64,000 nt of DNA from a virus (lineage: Duplodnaviria > Caudoviricetes), in the IMG/VR virus record IMGVR_UViG_3300021255_002891, positions 1 to 64,000 of that record, one strand, 5' to 3'. Positions 7,148 through 15,800 of the stretch are shown here, in pieces. Numbering within the stretch: the first letter of the stretch is position 1; every line of letters begins with the position of its first letter. The translations under genes and the position numbers were made by a program. Below the pieces are notes generated by a model that searched no databases, was not told where the DNA came from, and saw only the letters and a program-made list of their open reading frames with translations.

Positions 7148-7852
7148 TTAATTATTTGTAATTTTCTGTCCAATTTCTTTTTCATACTCTGTTGTCGCCT
7201 TTAATGCTTCTTCGTTAAGAGTGCTACAGAAAGAAAGTGTTGCCTCATCCATTGTAGCTCCAGCATTTGCTAGCCCTCTATAGTTACTGACAGCGCAATT
7301 AATCATATCATAATTGTTTGAAAGTTTTTTCCTAGAGCCATAAGTCTTAAACTTGAAGCCAAGTTCATCAGCAGTCTTAGACGTGGTAATATCTGTGCCT
7401 TGATACATGAATTCCCAAGAATACTTATCAGTCTGTTCCTTAATCATGTCTTGAACTTGCTTTAAGGTGTATTCCCTCGAAGAGTTCTCCATGCCATCAG
7501 TCATTACAACCACAAGCGTCTTTCCTGGCATTTCCTCGCCATTTTCATCCCTTTTGTGAAGCCACTGGCCAACCTTATAAATTCCAGTTCCAATACCGTC
7601 ATTCATTGCAGTAGAGCCACCTGCTGCATACTCGAACTTCTTGATGTCGTTGATGTCAACGCCCAAATACTCTTCCGTGACCTTTTCATTGAAAGTGTAC
7701 AAGGAAACAGTAACCTTACCGTCCTTAATCGCCTTTTGTTCTTCAACGATTCTGTTAAAACCACCTATCACATCTTCCGTAGATGGATACATGCTTCCGC
7801 TTTTATCAATGATAAAAACTAGATTAATCCATTTGCTGTTTAAATTAGCCAT
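7148..7852 (-). CDS. von Willebrand factor A (vWA) domain protein
   Basis: MIDAS DKSGSM, GSTAMND (Thr), VVMTDGMENSSREY. Confidence 0.9.
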   Translation of the reverse strand: MANLNSKWINLVFIIDKSGSMYPSTEDVIGGFNRIVEEQKAIKDGKVTVSLYTFNEKVTEEYLGVDINDIKKFEYAAGGSTAMNDGIGTGIYKVGQWLHKRDENGEEMPGKTLVVVMTDGMENSSREYTLKQVQDMIKEQTDKYSWEFMYQGTDITTSKTADELGFKFKTYGSRKKLSNNYDMINCAVSNYRGLANAGATMDEATLSFCSTLNEEALKATTEYEKEIGQKITNN

Positions 7853-7869
7853 ATCTATTAAATATTTTA

Positions 7870-8346
7870 TTAATTATTTCTTTTTTTAGCTGCTCTTTCT
7901 TCAGCTTTTCTTAGTTTTTCCTCTTCCTTTCTTTGCTTTTCTTCTTCGGCAATCTGCTCAATTACCATAGTAGCGGTTTCAATAATATCCCCATAACTAG
8001 GATATTTCCTTCTCATCCTAATAAACTCTCCATACCTTGAATTATCTACTAATAGTTTGTCTTTCTCGGTATCATAAGACACATTGGATAACACACCTTC
8101 CATAAGTTTTTCCTTAAATTCATCTGAAAGCCTGTCAAATGCATCTTCATATACATACAATGTGATAATATCACTGTTCTTCGTTAAGAATTCAGTAGTG
8201 GCATTAGCCCTACCAACTTTAAGAACGTCTTTTGATTTGGTAACTGACATAACCTTTAGGTTCATACCCATTTGAGGCATACCAGTTTCATCAAACTTTG
8301 TGTTGGCCAACTCAACAATGTCGGCAGATGTTTCAAATATTTTCAT
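7870..8346 (-). CDS. hypothetical protein with C-terminal coiled coil
   Basis: 158-aa ORF with a charged C-terminal helix. Confidence 0.7.
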   Translation of the reverse strand: MKIFETSADIVELANTKFDETGMPQMGMNLKVMSVTKSKDVLKVGRANATTEFLTKNSDIITLYVYEDAFDRLSDEFKEKLMEGVLSNVSYDTEKDKLLVDNSRYGEFIRMRRKYPSYGDIIETATMVIEQIAEEEKQRKEEEKLRKAEERAAKKRNN

Positions 8347-8348
8347 AA

Positions 8349-8648
8349 TTAATTGTTATTTGTTAAAAGATTATTTAACTTATTTCCCATCCAATCAATT
8401 ACTCCGAACAATGGTTTTAGTCCGTCTTCCTCATTGAACGGCGTATATTCTTCTCTTTGATATTGACAAGGATTGTCACAGTATTTCCCAAGACAATGGA
8501 TAATCTGTTTTCTACCTACCAAGTCTTTGTTTTCCTCATAGTGCTCAAGATTACCGTTAAGTATTTCAGTCAATTTCTCGTGACATCCACCTTTGCATAT
8601 ATTTCTACATCTATCACATATAAAAGACCCACTGTTTATGTATTTCAT
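8349..8648 (-). CDS. Cys-rich hypothetical protein
   Basis: CDRCRNICKGGC...CLGKYCDNPC; first gene after a promoter. Confidence 0.7.
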   Translation of the reverse strand: MKYINSGSFICDRCRNICKGGCHEKLTEILNGNLEHYEENKDLVGRKQIIHCLGKYCDNPCQYQREEYTPFNEEDGLKPLFGVIDWMGNKLNNLLTNNN

Positions 8649-8665
8649 TTTCTATTTATTTTTTG

Positions 8666-8697
8666 CAAAGATATAAAAAAAAAGTTAAAAAAACAAG
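8666..8697 (-). promoter_or_regulatory. Bacteroidota sigma-A promoter (vWA/Mom/ClpP operon)
   Basis: Minus strand CTTG (variant -33, 8694-8697), 20 nt, TATCTTTG (8666-8673). Confidence 0.7.
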
Positions 8698-8741
8698 TAT
8701 ATCTTTAATAAATTTAACAAAATCTTATTTTTTATGAAAAA

Positions 8742-9074
8742 ATGGAAAAGAAAATAGAAACCCTAAATAACTTAATAGTTGATGACAGACTCACTTCTGA
8801 AGAGAGAAATGCCATTAGTACAGCATGTAATATTATGAGGCTATATTTACGCAAAAAAGAGCCTTATATAGACTTCCAAGGATGGGAGCAAAGAAAGCAT
8901 ACCATGAAGGATTTAAGGGAATTTGTTGACAAAAATGGCAACCTTGCTGATGACATACAAATACTTGTACTAGAAGATGATGGTATGGGATATGGTGCTA
9001 GAAATGGCTATTGTACAGACATATATTTAAGTGATGGGGGCAACGGTAAGAAAGAGGTTCAAATTTGGTTTTAA
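8742..9074 (+). CDS. hypothetical protein
   Basis: 110-aa ORF, abuts the next gene. Confidence 0.7.
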   Translation: MEKKIETLNNLIVDDRLTSEERNAISTACNIMRLYLRKKEPYIDFQGWEQRKHTMKDLREFVDKNGNLADDIQILVLEDDGMGYGARNGYCTDIYLSDGGNGKKEVQIWF

Positions 9075-9770
9075 ATGGGTCGTAGAAACAAAAAGAAAAT
9101 ATACAGCATAATATTGGTCAATCATGGAAAACAACAAAAAGTTATATGTAGCGAAACAACAGAAGAAAAAATATACAACAAATTCAACTCTCTGTTGAAA
9201 GAAAACAAAAAAGTTGTATTTCCGATGAGATACAACAACGAAAAACATGTAATGGTTGAATCAGAGCATGAATTGGTGATAATAAAATGCAAGGAACTTG
9301 GTGACAAGGATGTTATAAAGCTGCGCGATGACAGTGGAACATTCGTTAACTATGAGTCATCCGATGAGGATTGGGTTATAGTTGACCGTGCTTCATTTGA
9401 CATTGAAGAGACGTTCTGGGTTTACGGCTATCATCCCAAATTACAAAGAAAAACGTTTGAATGGATATTCAACGAATTTGTGTCCAAAGATGCTAGAAAC
9501 AAATACATGTTTAAGACGATACAGCTTTACTTGAACAAAATACTCATAGAGTGCAACGGAAACTTGGACATGGTAATATGCAAAAACAAAAAGGACTCAA
9601 TCAGATTCTACAACCAATTAGAAAATTGGTGCAGAGACAAGAAATACAAATACGTAATGTTCCTAGGTGATGCAGATAAAAGCAAATACAAGGCTGATTT
9701 AATAACTAAAATACAAGAACTTACCCATTGGTCTCGTAGAAAAGTAATTAGACCTAGCACAAGGCCATAA
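9075..9770 (+). CDS. hypothetical protein
   Basis: 231-aa ORF ending at a bidirectional terminator. Confidence 0.75.
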   Translation: MGRRNKKKIYSIILVNHGKQQKVICSETTEEKIYNKFNSLLKENKKVVFPMRYNNEKHVMVESEHELVIIKCKELGDKDVIKLRDDSGTFVNYESSDEDWVIVDRASFDIEETFWVYGYHPKLQRKTFEWIFNEFVSKDARNKYMFKTIQLYLNKILIECNGNLDMVICKNKKDSIRFYNQLENWCRDKKYKYVMFLGDADKSKYKADLITKIQELTHWSRRKVIRPSTRP

Positions 9771-9801
9771 AAAAGAGTGGGGATTGTTCCTCACTCTTTT
9801 T
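9769..9801. terminator. bidirectional terminator between convergent genes
   Basis: AAAAAAGAGTGGGGA-TTGT-TCCTCACTCTTTTT. Confidence 0.8.
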
Positions 9802-10039
9802 CTTTTACAATTATTTTAACTCCTTCAAAATTAATTATTATCTTACCTTCAGATGGCACAAACTTCTGGCTATCATCCTTTTTGTTTCTATAGAACAAAT
9901 CCTCATCCACTTTTTTGAACTGCTCTTTGTCTACATAAACATATAGTTCAGACTGCTGTGTAATACCATCATCTTTCAATCTTGCCGATATTAACTGCCC
10001 TAGTTCAAATATACTCATCGTACCAAATTTAAATTCCAT
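9791..10039 (-). CDS. hypothetical protein
   Basis: 82-aa ORF in an operon. Confidence 0.7.
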   Translation of the reverse strand: MEFKFGTMSIFELGQLISARLKDDGITQQSELYVYVDKEQFKKVDEDLFYRNKKDDSQKFVPSEGKIIINFEGVKIIVKEKE

Positions 10040-10242
10040 AGTAACTTATCAAAGTCATTCTTTATTCTTCTCCAAAAAGAAAATTGGACTTTCTTTTCTC
10101 CGCTTAACACCTCTGTAATGTCTTTACCCATAGAGCCATTTAGTTGTTCTGCTATTTTATTCTGGTATCCCTTCAGTGCTAACTCGTCCATCCTCTTTTC
10201 GCTTTCTAACGAAACAATTTCCCTATTTAACTCATTGTTCAT
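10015..10242 (-). CDS. hypothetical protein
   Basis: 75-aa ORF overlapping both neighbours. Confidence 0.65.
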   Translation of the reverse strand: MNNELNREIVSLESEKRMDELALKGYQNKIAEQLNGSMGKDITEVLSGEKKVQFSFWRRIKNDFDKLLWNLNLVR

Positions 10243-10600
10243 TTGTATTGCTCCTTTCCAAAGCCTCTTGTACTGTATTTATTAACCATGCAGCACCTGA
10301 TGCAAAGAATCCATCAAGTATCATCAACACCCACCAAGGTGCAGTACTACCAATCAATACCATGAATGGTGTGAGTGCAATTGTAGGTAATAGTAATGAA
10401 TTCAATGCACTAAGTATAAATCCTACCCATGTAGGAAAACAAATCATGCAGCCGAACAATTCACCCAAATTTGAATGGATTTTCTCTGCAATTTCCCTAA
10501 TCTTGTCATAAAGGTGAAAAGGGCCGTGAGCATACACAAAATGGTTTGATATTGAGTATGCCATTATAGAAAACACAAATATTACTAACCAACTATTCAT
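10232..10600 (-). CDS. DUF1360-like membrane protein
   Basis: Three hydrophobic segments and LGELFGCMICFPTWVG (CxxC..W) motif. Confidence 0.7.
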   Translation of the reverse strand: MNSWLVIFVFSIMAYSISNHFVYAHGPFHLYDKIREIAEKIHSNLGELFGCMICFPTWVGFILSALNSLLLPTIALTPFMVLIGSTAPWWVLMILDGFFASGAAWLINTVQEALERSNTNEQ

Positions 10601-11054
10601 TTGATTCTACTGCAATTTCTTCACTGTTATTTTTTTCTTCTGCCACTTTTTCGGATTTTTTCTTCTTGGTATATTTCCTCTTTGGCTTCTCTTGTTTTTC
10701 AAAGACAAAACGCAAATTAACTAAGTCATCATAAGGGGTGACTTGGAACAACTCTCTCAACTCGTTGACCTTATCCTTCAATAACTGGAGTTTAAGCAAT
10801 ATGTCTTGGTTTGCCTTAATTGTTTGTTCAACCAAATCAAATATTTCATCATATGTCGTATCTTTGGAATCAGCATAATAAAACGTCAGATTTGGGTCTG
10901 TCTCTGAAGGTGTGACCTTTATTCTTCCGTCATCGCTTGGGTATGCTTTCCATTTACTTGGATAAACAACCTTTACCATAAGAGCCTCATTGTACATTTC
11001 GATACCACGAAAATAAGGCTTCATATCATTCATTCTATCTTGTAACGACTTCAT
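10593..11054 (-). CDS. hypothetical protein
   Basis: 153-aa ORF with coiled coil and basic/acidic tail. Confidence 0.75.
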   Translation of the reverse strand: MKSLQDRMNDMKPYFRGIEMYNEALMVKVVYPSKWKAYPSDDGRIKVTPSETDPNLTFYYADSKDTTYDEIFDLVEQTIKANQDILLKLQLLKDKVNELRELFQVTPYDDLVNLRFVFEKQEKPKRKYTKKKKSEKVAEEKNNSEEIAVESNE

Positions 11055-11057
11055 ATT

Positions 11058-11252
11058 TTAGAATCCACATATTAACATTGTTAGTATATATGACAATGAA
11101 ATTCCAAATACCCACAAACTCTTATTTGAAGATACTAACTTGCCACTCTTCAAGCGGAACACGCTTATGACATGAAACATGTCTATTAAAACCACAAGTG
11201 CTGCCAATATGAATAGGAACACTTTTAATTGTAACAATAAACTAACTATCAT
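11058..11252 (-). CDS. small two-TM membrane protein
   Basis: Two hydrophobic stretches separated by a short basic loop. Confidence 0.65.
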   Translation of the reverse strand: MIVSLLLQLKVFLFILAALVVLIDMFHVISVFRLKSGKLVSSNKSLWVFGISLSYILTMLICGF

Positions 11253-11458
11253 AGCTCTTCAACATTTTCTAAGTGATTATTCCTAACAGTAATAACCTTA
11301 TCTTCTGTAACTGACCTTTCAAGACCGTTATCATCCACGATGAAAACGCTGATTGGTTTCAAATTAAACGGATTATAAAGTGTCTTTACATCTTTTAAAA
11401 CATATTCTCCGTCATTTGTTACTACTATACTACCTTTTTTAAATTCCATATTAAACAA
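11249..11458 (-). CDS. hypothetical protein
   Basis: 69-aa ORF, ATGA-coupled to the next gene. Confidence 0.65.
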   Translation of the reverse strand: MFNMEFKKGSIVVTNDGEYVLKDVKTLYNPFNLKPISVFIVDDNGLERSVTEDKVITVRNNHLENVEEL

Positions 11459-11493
11459 ATATTATTTAATTAAATATCTTATTATACATAAAA

Positions 11494-11536
11494 TATAAAA
11501 AAATTGCCTAACAATTAAACAATTGTTAAGCAATTT
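11494..11536 (-). terminator. Rho-independent terminator
   Basis: Minus strand AAATTGCTTAACAATT-GTTT-AATTGTTAGGCAATTT followed by a T run. Confidence 0.7.
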
Positions 11537-11541
11537 AATAA

Positions 11542-12237
11542 TTATTTCAAGTCAAATGTTATTGACGCACCAGCCATTATACCCCATTGTTTGTTTATGA
11601 CATCATAACCAGCGGTAACAGCAGGACCGAATGAAAATCTATTTAGGAACTTTCTCTTCTCTTTTTTCTTAAAGACTGTTACATCAGATATTATTCCACC
11701 ATTGTCATTACCTATTGTAATGTGATTCGGCCCATCTGGCGTATCTTGTTTGTTCACAATTGTAAACTTATTGCTGACCTTTGCTTGCAATGAATACCAA
11801 TTAGGTTCTGTAAATGAATTTACATTTAACTTATATTGGAACGTGTCATTAGGCTCACTAGTATATTCAAATGTCTTTGCAACTTGAGGAATCGTAATAG
11901 GTATTGTGTCATACACTATACTATCCTTTATTGTTGGTTTGGTTGTGACCTTGCCAGTGTTATATTCCTTTTCATGTTTGAATTGAATCAACACTGTAAT
12001 TTGGTCTTTGTACTCTTTCAATGAATCGTAAAGCTCTTTGTTTTCCTTCTTTAAATCCTTGAAAGTCTTGTCGTAGTATATTTTGTTATACTTGTTAAGA
12101 CTATCAATGTATTCAACTTCCTCAACTAGTTTCCTTGAATGGTCATATTCCTTTTTAGCAAACCATGACAAACCGCATGTAATGATAAACAATATCAATA
12201 CAACGTAAAAACATTTATGTTTAAGCGGATTCTCCAT
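11542..12237 (-). CDS. N-terminally anchored coiled-coil protein, candidate spanin
   Basis: TM segment FYVVLILFIITCGLSWFA, coiled coil, C-terminal amphipathic beta strands; directly follows the holin-like gene. Confidence 0.5.
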   Translation of the reverse strand: MENPLKHKCFYVVLILFIITCGLSWFAKKEYDHSRKLVEEVEYIDSLNKYNKIYYDKTFKDLKKENKELYDSLKEYKDQITVLIQFKHEKEYNTGKVTTKPTIKDSIVYDTIPITIPQVAKTFEYTSEPNDTFQYKLNVNSFTEPNWYSLQAKVSNKFTIVNKQDTPDGPNHITIGNDNGGIISDVTVFKKKEKRKFLNRFSFGPAVTAGYDVINKQWGIMAGASITFDLK

Positions 12238-13015
12238 TTTGTATTTCTATTTTTTTCTCTAATTGTTTCTTAAGGTCAAGCAATTCGCCAATTGTTATAC
12301 CATATGACTTGATTTTGTTTTCAATTAAATCGTGATTAGGTACTCTGTCCATGTCATGAAATGAAATGCCTAAAAATCCAAGAGGCCCATTTCCATTGCT
12401 CATGTATACCATTGCGACAAACTTTCCTCCATCATTTTTTAATGACTTTGCAAAATCATAGTCAATATCCTCAATCTCATCTGCTGTGCCTATGAAAAAT
12501 TTATATTTCCTCATATACTCTGGATAGGTATACATTGTAAGCGGCACATTAACATATTTTTCAAAAACTCTATCAACCCCTCTTTCTCTATTTGAAACCT
12601 CATAATTCATGTTGGCAAACGCAAATGGCAAACCGCTAGGATTTGACACACCATTATGTAACTCAAATATAAAAACTCTATCGGCATCAAGTGTGTATAA
12701 TATTGTTTCTATATCACGTTGTATCATTGGAGTGATGTCATCCCTTATAGCTTCCTTTTCGCGTTCAGTTGCTAAAAGTTTGTCTGTTGTCTTGTCAATA
12801 AATTTGTCGCTTTTGCTTACATTATAAGCGTAAAAGCCTACTAATGCTGTGGCTAGAAAGAAAAACGTAACAAAATAAACTTTAAATATTGTCTTCCACT
12901 TAGCATTTGCTATTGTATTCGCAATTGTTTTACCTATTCTAGTGAAAATCGGCTCTTTGGTCTTCTCTACTTCTGGAGAAACTTGATTGTTAATTATTAT
13001 GTTACCATTTTCCAT
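12221..13015 (-). CDS. single-TM protein with GAF-like C-terminal domain, candidate T4 gpT-like holin
   Basis: TM segment IFKVYFVTFFFLATALVGFYAY, then LDADRVFIFELHNG...LGFLGISF GAF-like pattern. Confidence 0.5.
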   Translation of the reverse strand: MENGNIIINNQVSPEVEKTKEPIFTRIGKTIANTIANAKWKTIFKVYFVTFFFLATALVGFYAYNVSKSDKFIDKTTDKLLATEREKEAIRDDITPMIQRDIETILYTLDADRVFIFELHNGVSNPSGLPFAFANMNYEVSNRERGVDRVFEKYVNVPLTMYTYPEYMRKYKFFIGTADEIEDIDYDFAKSLKNDGGKFVAMVYMSNGNGPLGFLGISFHDMDRVPNHDLIENKIKSYGITIGELLDLKKQLEKKIEIQNGESA

Positions 13016-13045
13016 TTCTTACTTCAAAAATTTTATATAGGTTTA

Positions 13046-13858
13046 TTAATCCATTAACTTTCTAGCCTTTTTCACCATATCGGCAAATTCGTTATTCTCT
13101 TGCACTCTAAAGTTAGATGTGGATATGTGAGATTCAGCACTCTTGTAACCCCAAAGCTGCTTGATTCTTTCCTTCTGTTCGTTGACCAACTTCATGTTGA
13201 CCTTCTTAGTTACTTTTGGCTCTTTGGAATTCCACTCAACCAAATACTGGTTGTCTGAACTGTCTCTCATAATAAATTTGTTTCCTTCAGTTTTATATTC
13301 ATCAGGTATCTTTGACATCATATGACCTTCAGAAATAAATTGCGTGTTCTTGAAAGATAACATTTTTATTTTCTTTGACTCATACATTGTTTTATCATTT
13401 TTTTCTATGTCAGTTTTATTTAATTCACGACCAGTTAGACCTATTTCACTTGCGACATCCTTGCCCTTCTTTGCCAATTCAGCATGTTCTTTAGCCGCAT
13501 TGTAAAACTCACCCTTCTTGTCAAAGGTTGCGTTGCCAAACTCATCGTCCTTGTGTTTGTCTTCTGCATCTTTTGATGCATAACCCTTCATTTGGGACTT
13601 TGTTCTGTCCATGAATGGTTTGCTGATGCTATCATATCTTAGGTCATGCATACCTAAGTTGTCAGTATGAATTTTAGTGTCACCTTTCTTGCTTGAAAGT
13701 CCACCGTCATATTTTTCGGTCTCCTTCTTGATGTCACTGTAGGCTTTCCTGTTAATTTCTGCGGATTCTTTATCGCCAAACTGGACTGGTTTAAATTCAT
13801 TTTTAGCCTCTTCGTTTAGAATCCTTCTTAACTCCCCAACTGAAATTTTAGTTACCAT
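13046..13858 (-). CDS. probable internal head/core protein with [ILV]xE leader
   Basis: N-terminus MVTKISVGELRRILNEEAK; charged composition; further xxE sites (FISE, LVNE). Confidence 0.6.
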   Translation of the reverse strand: MVTKISVGELRRILNEEAKNEFKPVQFGDKESAEINRKAYSDIKKETEKYDGGLSSKKGDTKIHTDNLGMHDLRYDSISKPFMDRTKSQMKGYASKDAEDKHKDDEFGNATFDKKGEFYNAAKEHAELAKKGKDVASEIGLTGRELNKTDIEKNDKTMYESKKIKMLSFKNTQFISEGHMMSKIPDEYKTEGNKFIMRDSSDNQYLVEWNSKEPKVTKKVNMKLVNEQKERIKQLWGYKSAESHISTSNFRVQENNEFADMVKKARKLMD

Positions 13859-13865
13859 AATTTAT

Positions 13866-14015
13866 TTATTTAAATTGATTTATGTATAATCCTCTTAACA
13901 TCTGTTCAAACATAAGCCTTGTTCTTTCTTTGCCATTAACACCGTCCTCATGCAACTTATCATCAATTTCACGAACACGCTTAACGGCTTCTTCGTTCAT
14001 TTCGTAGTCTATCAT
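13866..14015 (-). CDS. 49-aa hypothetical protein
   Basis: Manual translation MIDYEMNEEAVKRVREIDDKLHEDGVNGKERTRLMFEQMLRGLYINQFK; ATGA overlap with the upstream stop. Confidence 0.7.
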   Translation of the reverse strand: MIDYEMNEEAVKRVREIDDKLHEDGVNGKERTRLMFEQMLRGLYINQFK

Positions 14016-14761
14016 AACTTTCTAATGTCACTAGGAACTAAATAATACGCCCCATTATCATAAACAAAAGTAACGCTTGAATCAATGTCTCCGACTTTTC
14101 CACCACATTTGTCTATTAAACCTTTATTGGCTTTTAAAAACTTTTCCACTGGTATCTTCATATCATACTTTGGATAGTTTCGTATTTTAGCACTAATTTC
14201 TGGCGTGATGTTACGATATTTAGCGTTATTCCTTAGTAAATCATAAATAAGTGATGAGGTGTTTTCATCATCATATGTGATGTTATATTTTTGTGAATAA
14301 GGATGATTCACTACTTCTTTACCATTTATATAAGGATTTTCAGTATATTGATAATTTTGAGCATTAGCATTGTTACCTCCAAACATCATCATTGTGCCCA
14401 ATGCCCCAGCTCTTAAAGCATTACCAAATTTGCCTTCATTTACCTTACTTTCAACTGATTCTCCAACTCTTTCTTTAGGTATTGAAATTGACCCACCTTT
14501 ACCATTTTTTCTTTCCATCGCTGGAGTCATATCAACTTCTGACATTTTGCTTGACTTATTTCCCTTTGGACTATAACCCTTTCTTCTTTGTACAGCACCA
14601 AATGGGACATCAAAAGCGCCAACACGGTCACCAGAAGCACTTGTAGCGCCAGGAGTAGCGGCATCGCCACCCATAGCGCCATCTTCTTTCAATATTCTAA
14701 ATACAGATTCTCTTACGATGTTATGCAAATCACTTTCTGTAAGTCTTATGATTTTTTTCAT
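14012..14761 (-). CDS. probable internal head protein with RLTESDLH leader
   Basis: MKKIIRLTESDLHNIVRESVFRILKED leader; internal signal-peptide-like segment. Confidence 0.65.
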   Translation of the reverse strand: MKKIIRLTESDLHNIVRESVFRILKEDGAMGGDAATPGATSASGDRVGAFDVPFGAVQRRKGYSPKGNKSSKMSEVDMTPAMERKNGKGGSISIPKERVGESVESKVNEGKFGNALRAGALGTMMMFGGNNANAQNYQYTENPYINGKEVVNHPYSQKYNITYDDENTSSLIYDLLRNNAKYRNITPEISAKIRNYPKYDMKIPVEKFLKANKGLIDKCGGKVGDIDSSVTFVYDNGAYYLVPSDIRKL

Positions 14762-14763
14762 AA

Positions 14764-14976
14764 TTAACCTTGTGTTTCAGTATCCCCACTTTCTAGAGCA
14801 TCATTATTTTCTTCTTCATTTTCACTGTCTTCGTCTTCATTTTTATTTCCAAAGACATATTTTCTGTTTTTAATTTCTCCAACTTCGGAAATTGGGAATA
14901 ACTTATCAGAGTCCTTTGCGAAATCTCCACTTTCCTCATATCCGTAGAAATCAAGCGTTCTAACAAATTTCTTCAT
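14764..14976 (-). CDS. acidic hypothetical protein
   Basis: 70-aa ORF with a D/E-rich tail. Confidence 0.65.
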   Translation of the reverse strand: MKKFVRTLDFYGYEESGDFAKDSDKLFPISEVGEIKNRKYVFGNKNEDEDSENEEENNDALESGDTETQG

Positions 14977-15008
14977 TTTTACTATTTTTAGTGTATATTA
15001 TTTTTCAA

Positions 15009-15482
15009 CTACATTAAATCATTATATAGTTTTCTTATTTTATCCTTGAAATTTTCCTTGTGAACCTTATATGACACATAATATTTGGAAACTTTCTTGC
15101 CAGTAGTTTCATCAAATGGTTCATCAATGTTTTCCTTCTTGGTTATTACGTTATAGTCATATAGCTTTTTTCTAAGCTCCCCATTGTGAATACCAAGGTC
15201 AATCAAAACGTCACTAGGTTTTGTCTTTATTGGGTCGTTCAGCAAGCCCTTTATAAATTTTACAACTTCTTCATAGAAAGTCAAAAATGGAATCTTCTTC
15301 TTCCCATCATCTTCGGCAGTGTCTTCGTCAGAATTTTCTTTTGAGTCGGTTTTCTTGGCGTTGCCTACAATTTTTCCAATTTCTTTGTTAAGCTTCTCCA
15401 ACTCATCTTCCAAATCATCAATACTGTCCGAAATACTTAAAAGGTCATTGAACTTTGATTCGTTTATATGTATTAACTTCAT
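15009..15482 (-). CDS. probable internal head protein with [ILV]xE leader
   Basis: MKLIHINESKFNDLL N-terminus. Confidence 0.55.
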   Translation of the reverse strand: MKLIHINESKFNDLLSISDSIDDLEDELEKLNKEIGKIVGNAKKTDSKENSDEDTAEDDGKKKIPFLTFYEEVVKFIKGLLNDPIKTKPSDVLIDLGIHNGELRKKLYDYNVITKKENIDEPFDETTGKKVSKYYVSYKVHKENFKDKIRKLYNDLM

Positions 15483-15688
15483 CTAGTCACTCCCCCTTTC
15501 CATGTACTGCTGCGATTCCAAAGAGTCCTATACAAATCTTCAATTACTTCGGCTGTTATTTCCTTCACAGCCTTTTTGAAATCCCTTGAGTTATAGGCAG
15601 AACTTAAACGGTTGGATACAATTGATTCAACCTCTGTCTTTGACAACTCTTCGTTTATTATTTCTTTTATTCTATTATCTGAAATCAT
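15479..15688 (-). CDS. small protein with [ILV]xE leader
   Basis: MISDNRIKEIINEELSK; TATTTATA 18 nt upstream. Confidence 0.6.
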   Translation of the reverse strand: MISDNRIKEIINEELSKTEVESIVSNRLSSAYNSRDFKKAVKEITAEVIEDLYRTLWNRSSTWKGGVTR

Positions 15689-15706
15689 CGTACACAGTTA
15701 TTTACA

Positions 15707-15714
15707 TATAAATA
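15707..15714 (-). promoter_or_regulatory. candidate phage late promoter TATTTATA (one of about 9 copies)
   Basis: Other copies: exact at 334-341, 2614-2621, 3758-3765, 4503-4510, 26165-26172 and 30521-30528; single-mismatch at 16778-16785 and 58747-58754. Each lies 13-21 nt upstream of an ATG on the coding strand. Confidence 0.6.
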
Positions 15715-15725
15715 TAACAAACAAC

Positions 15726-15754
15726 AAAAAAGGATGCCATTTCTAGCACCCTTT
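15726..15754 (-). terminator. Rho-independent terminator
   Basis: Minus strand AAAGGGTGC-TAGAAATG-GCATCCTTT-TTT. Confidence 0.65.
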
Positions 15755-15800
15755 CTTTAATATTTAAACTCCTATTGTCTAAATTCTTTTTTTTTTGCCA

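Noticed and set aside
7870-8346. Putative phage metallopeptidase
   Set aside because: The overall look is suggestive, but there is no HExxH motif, so it is left as hypothetical.
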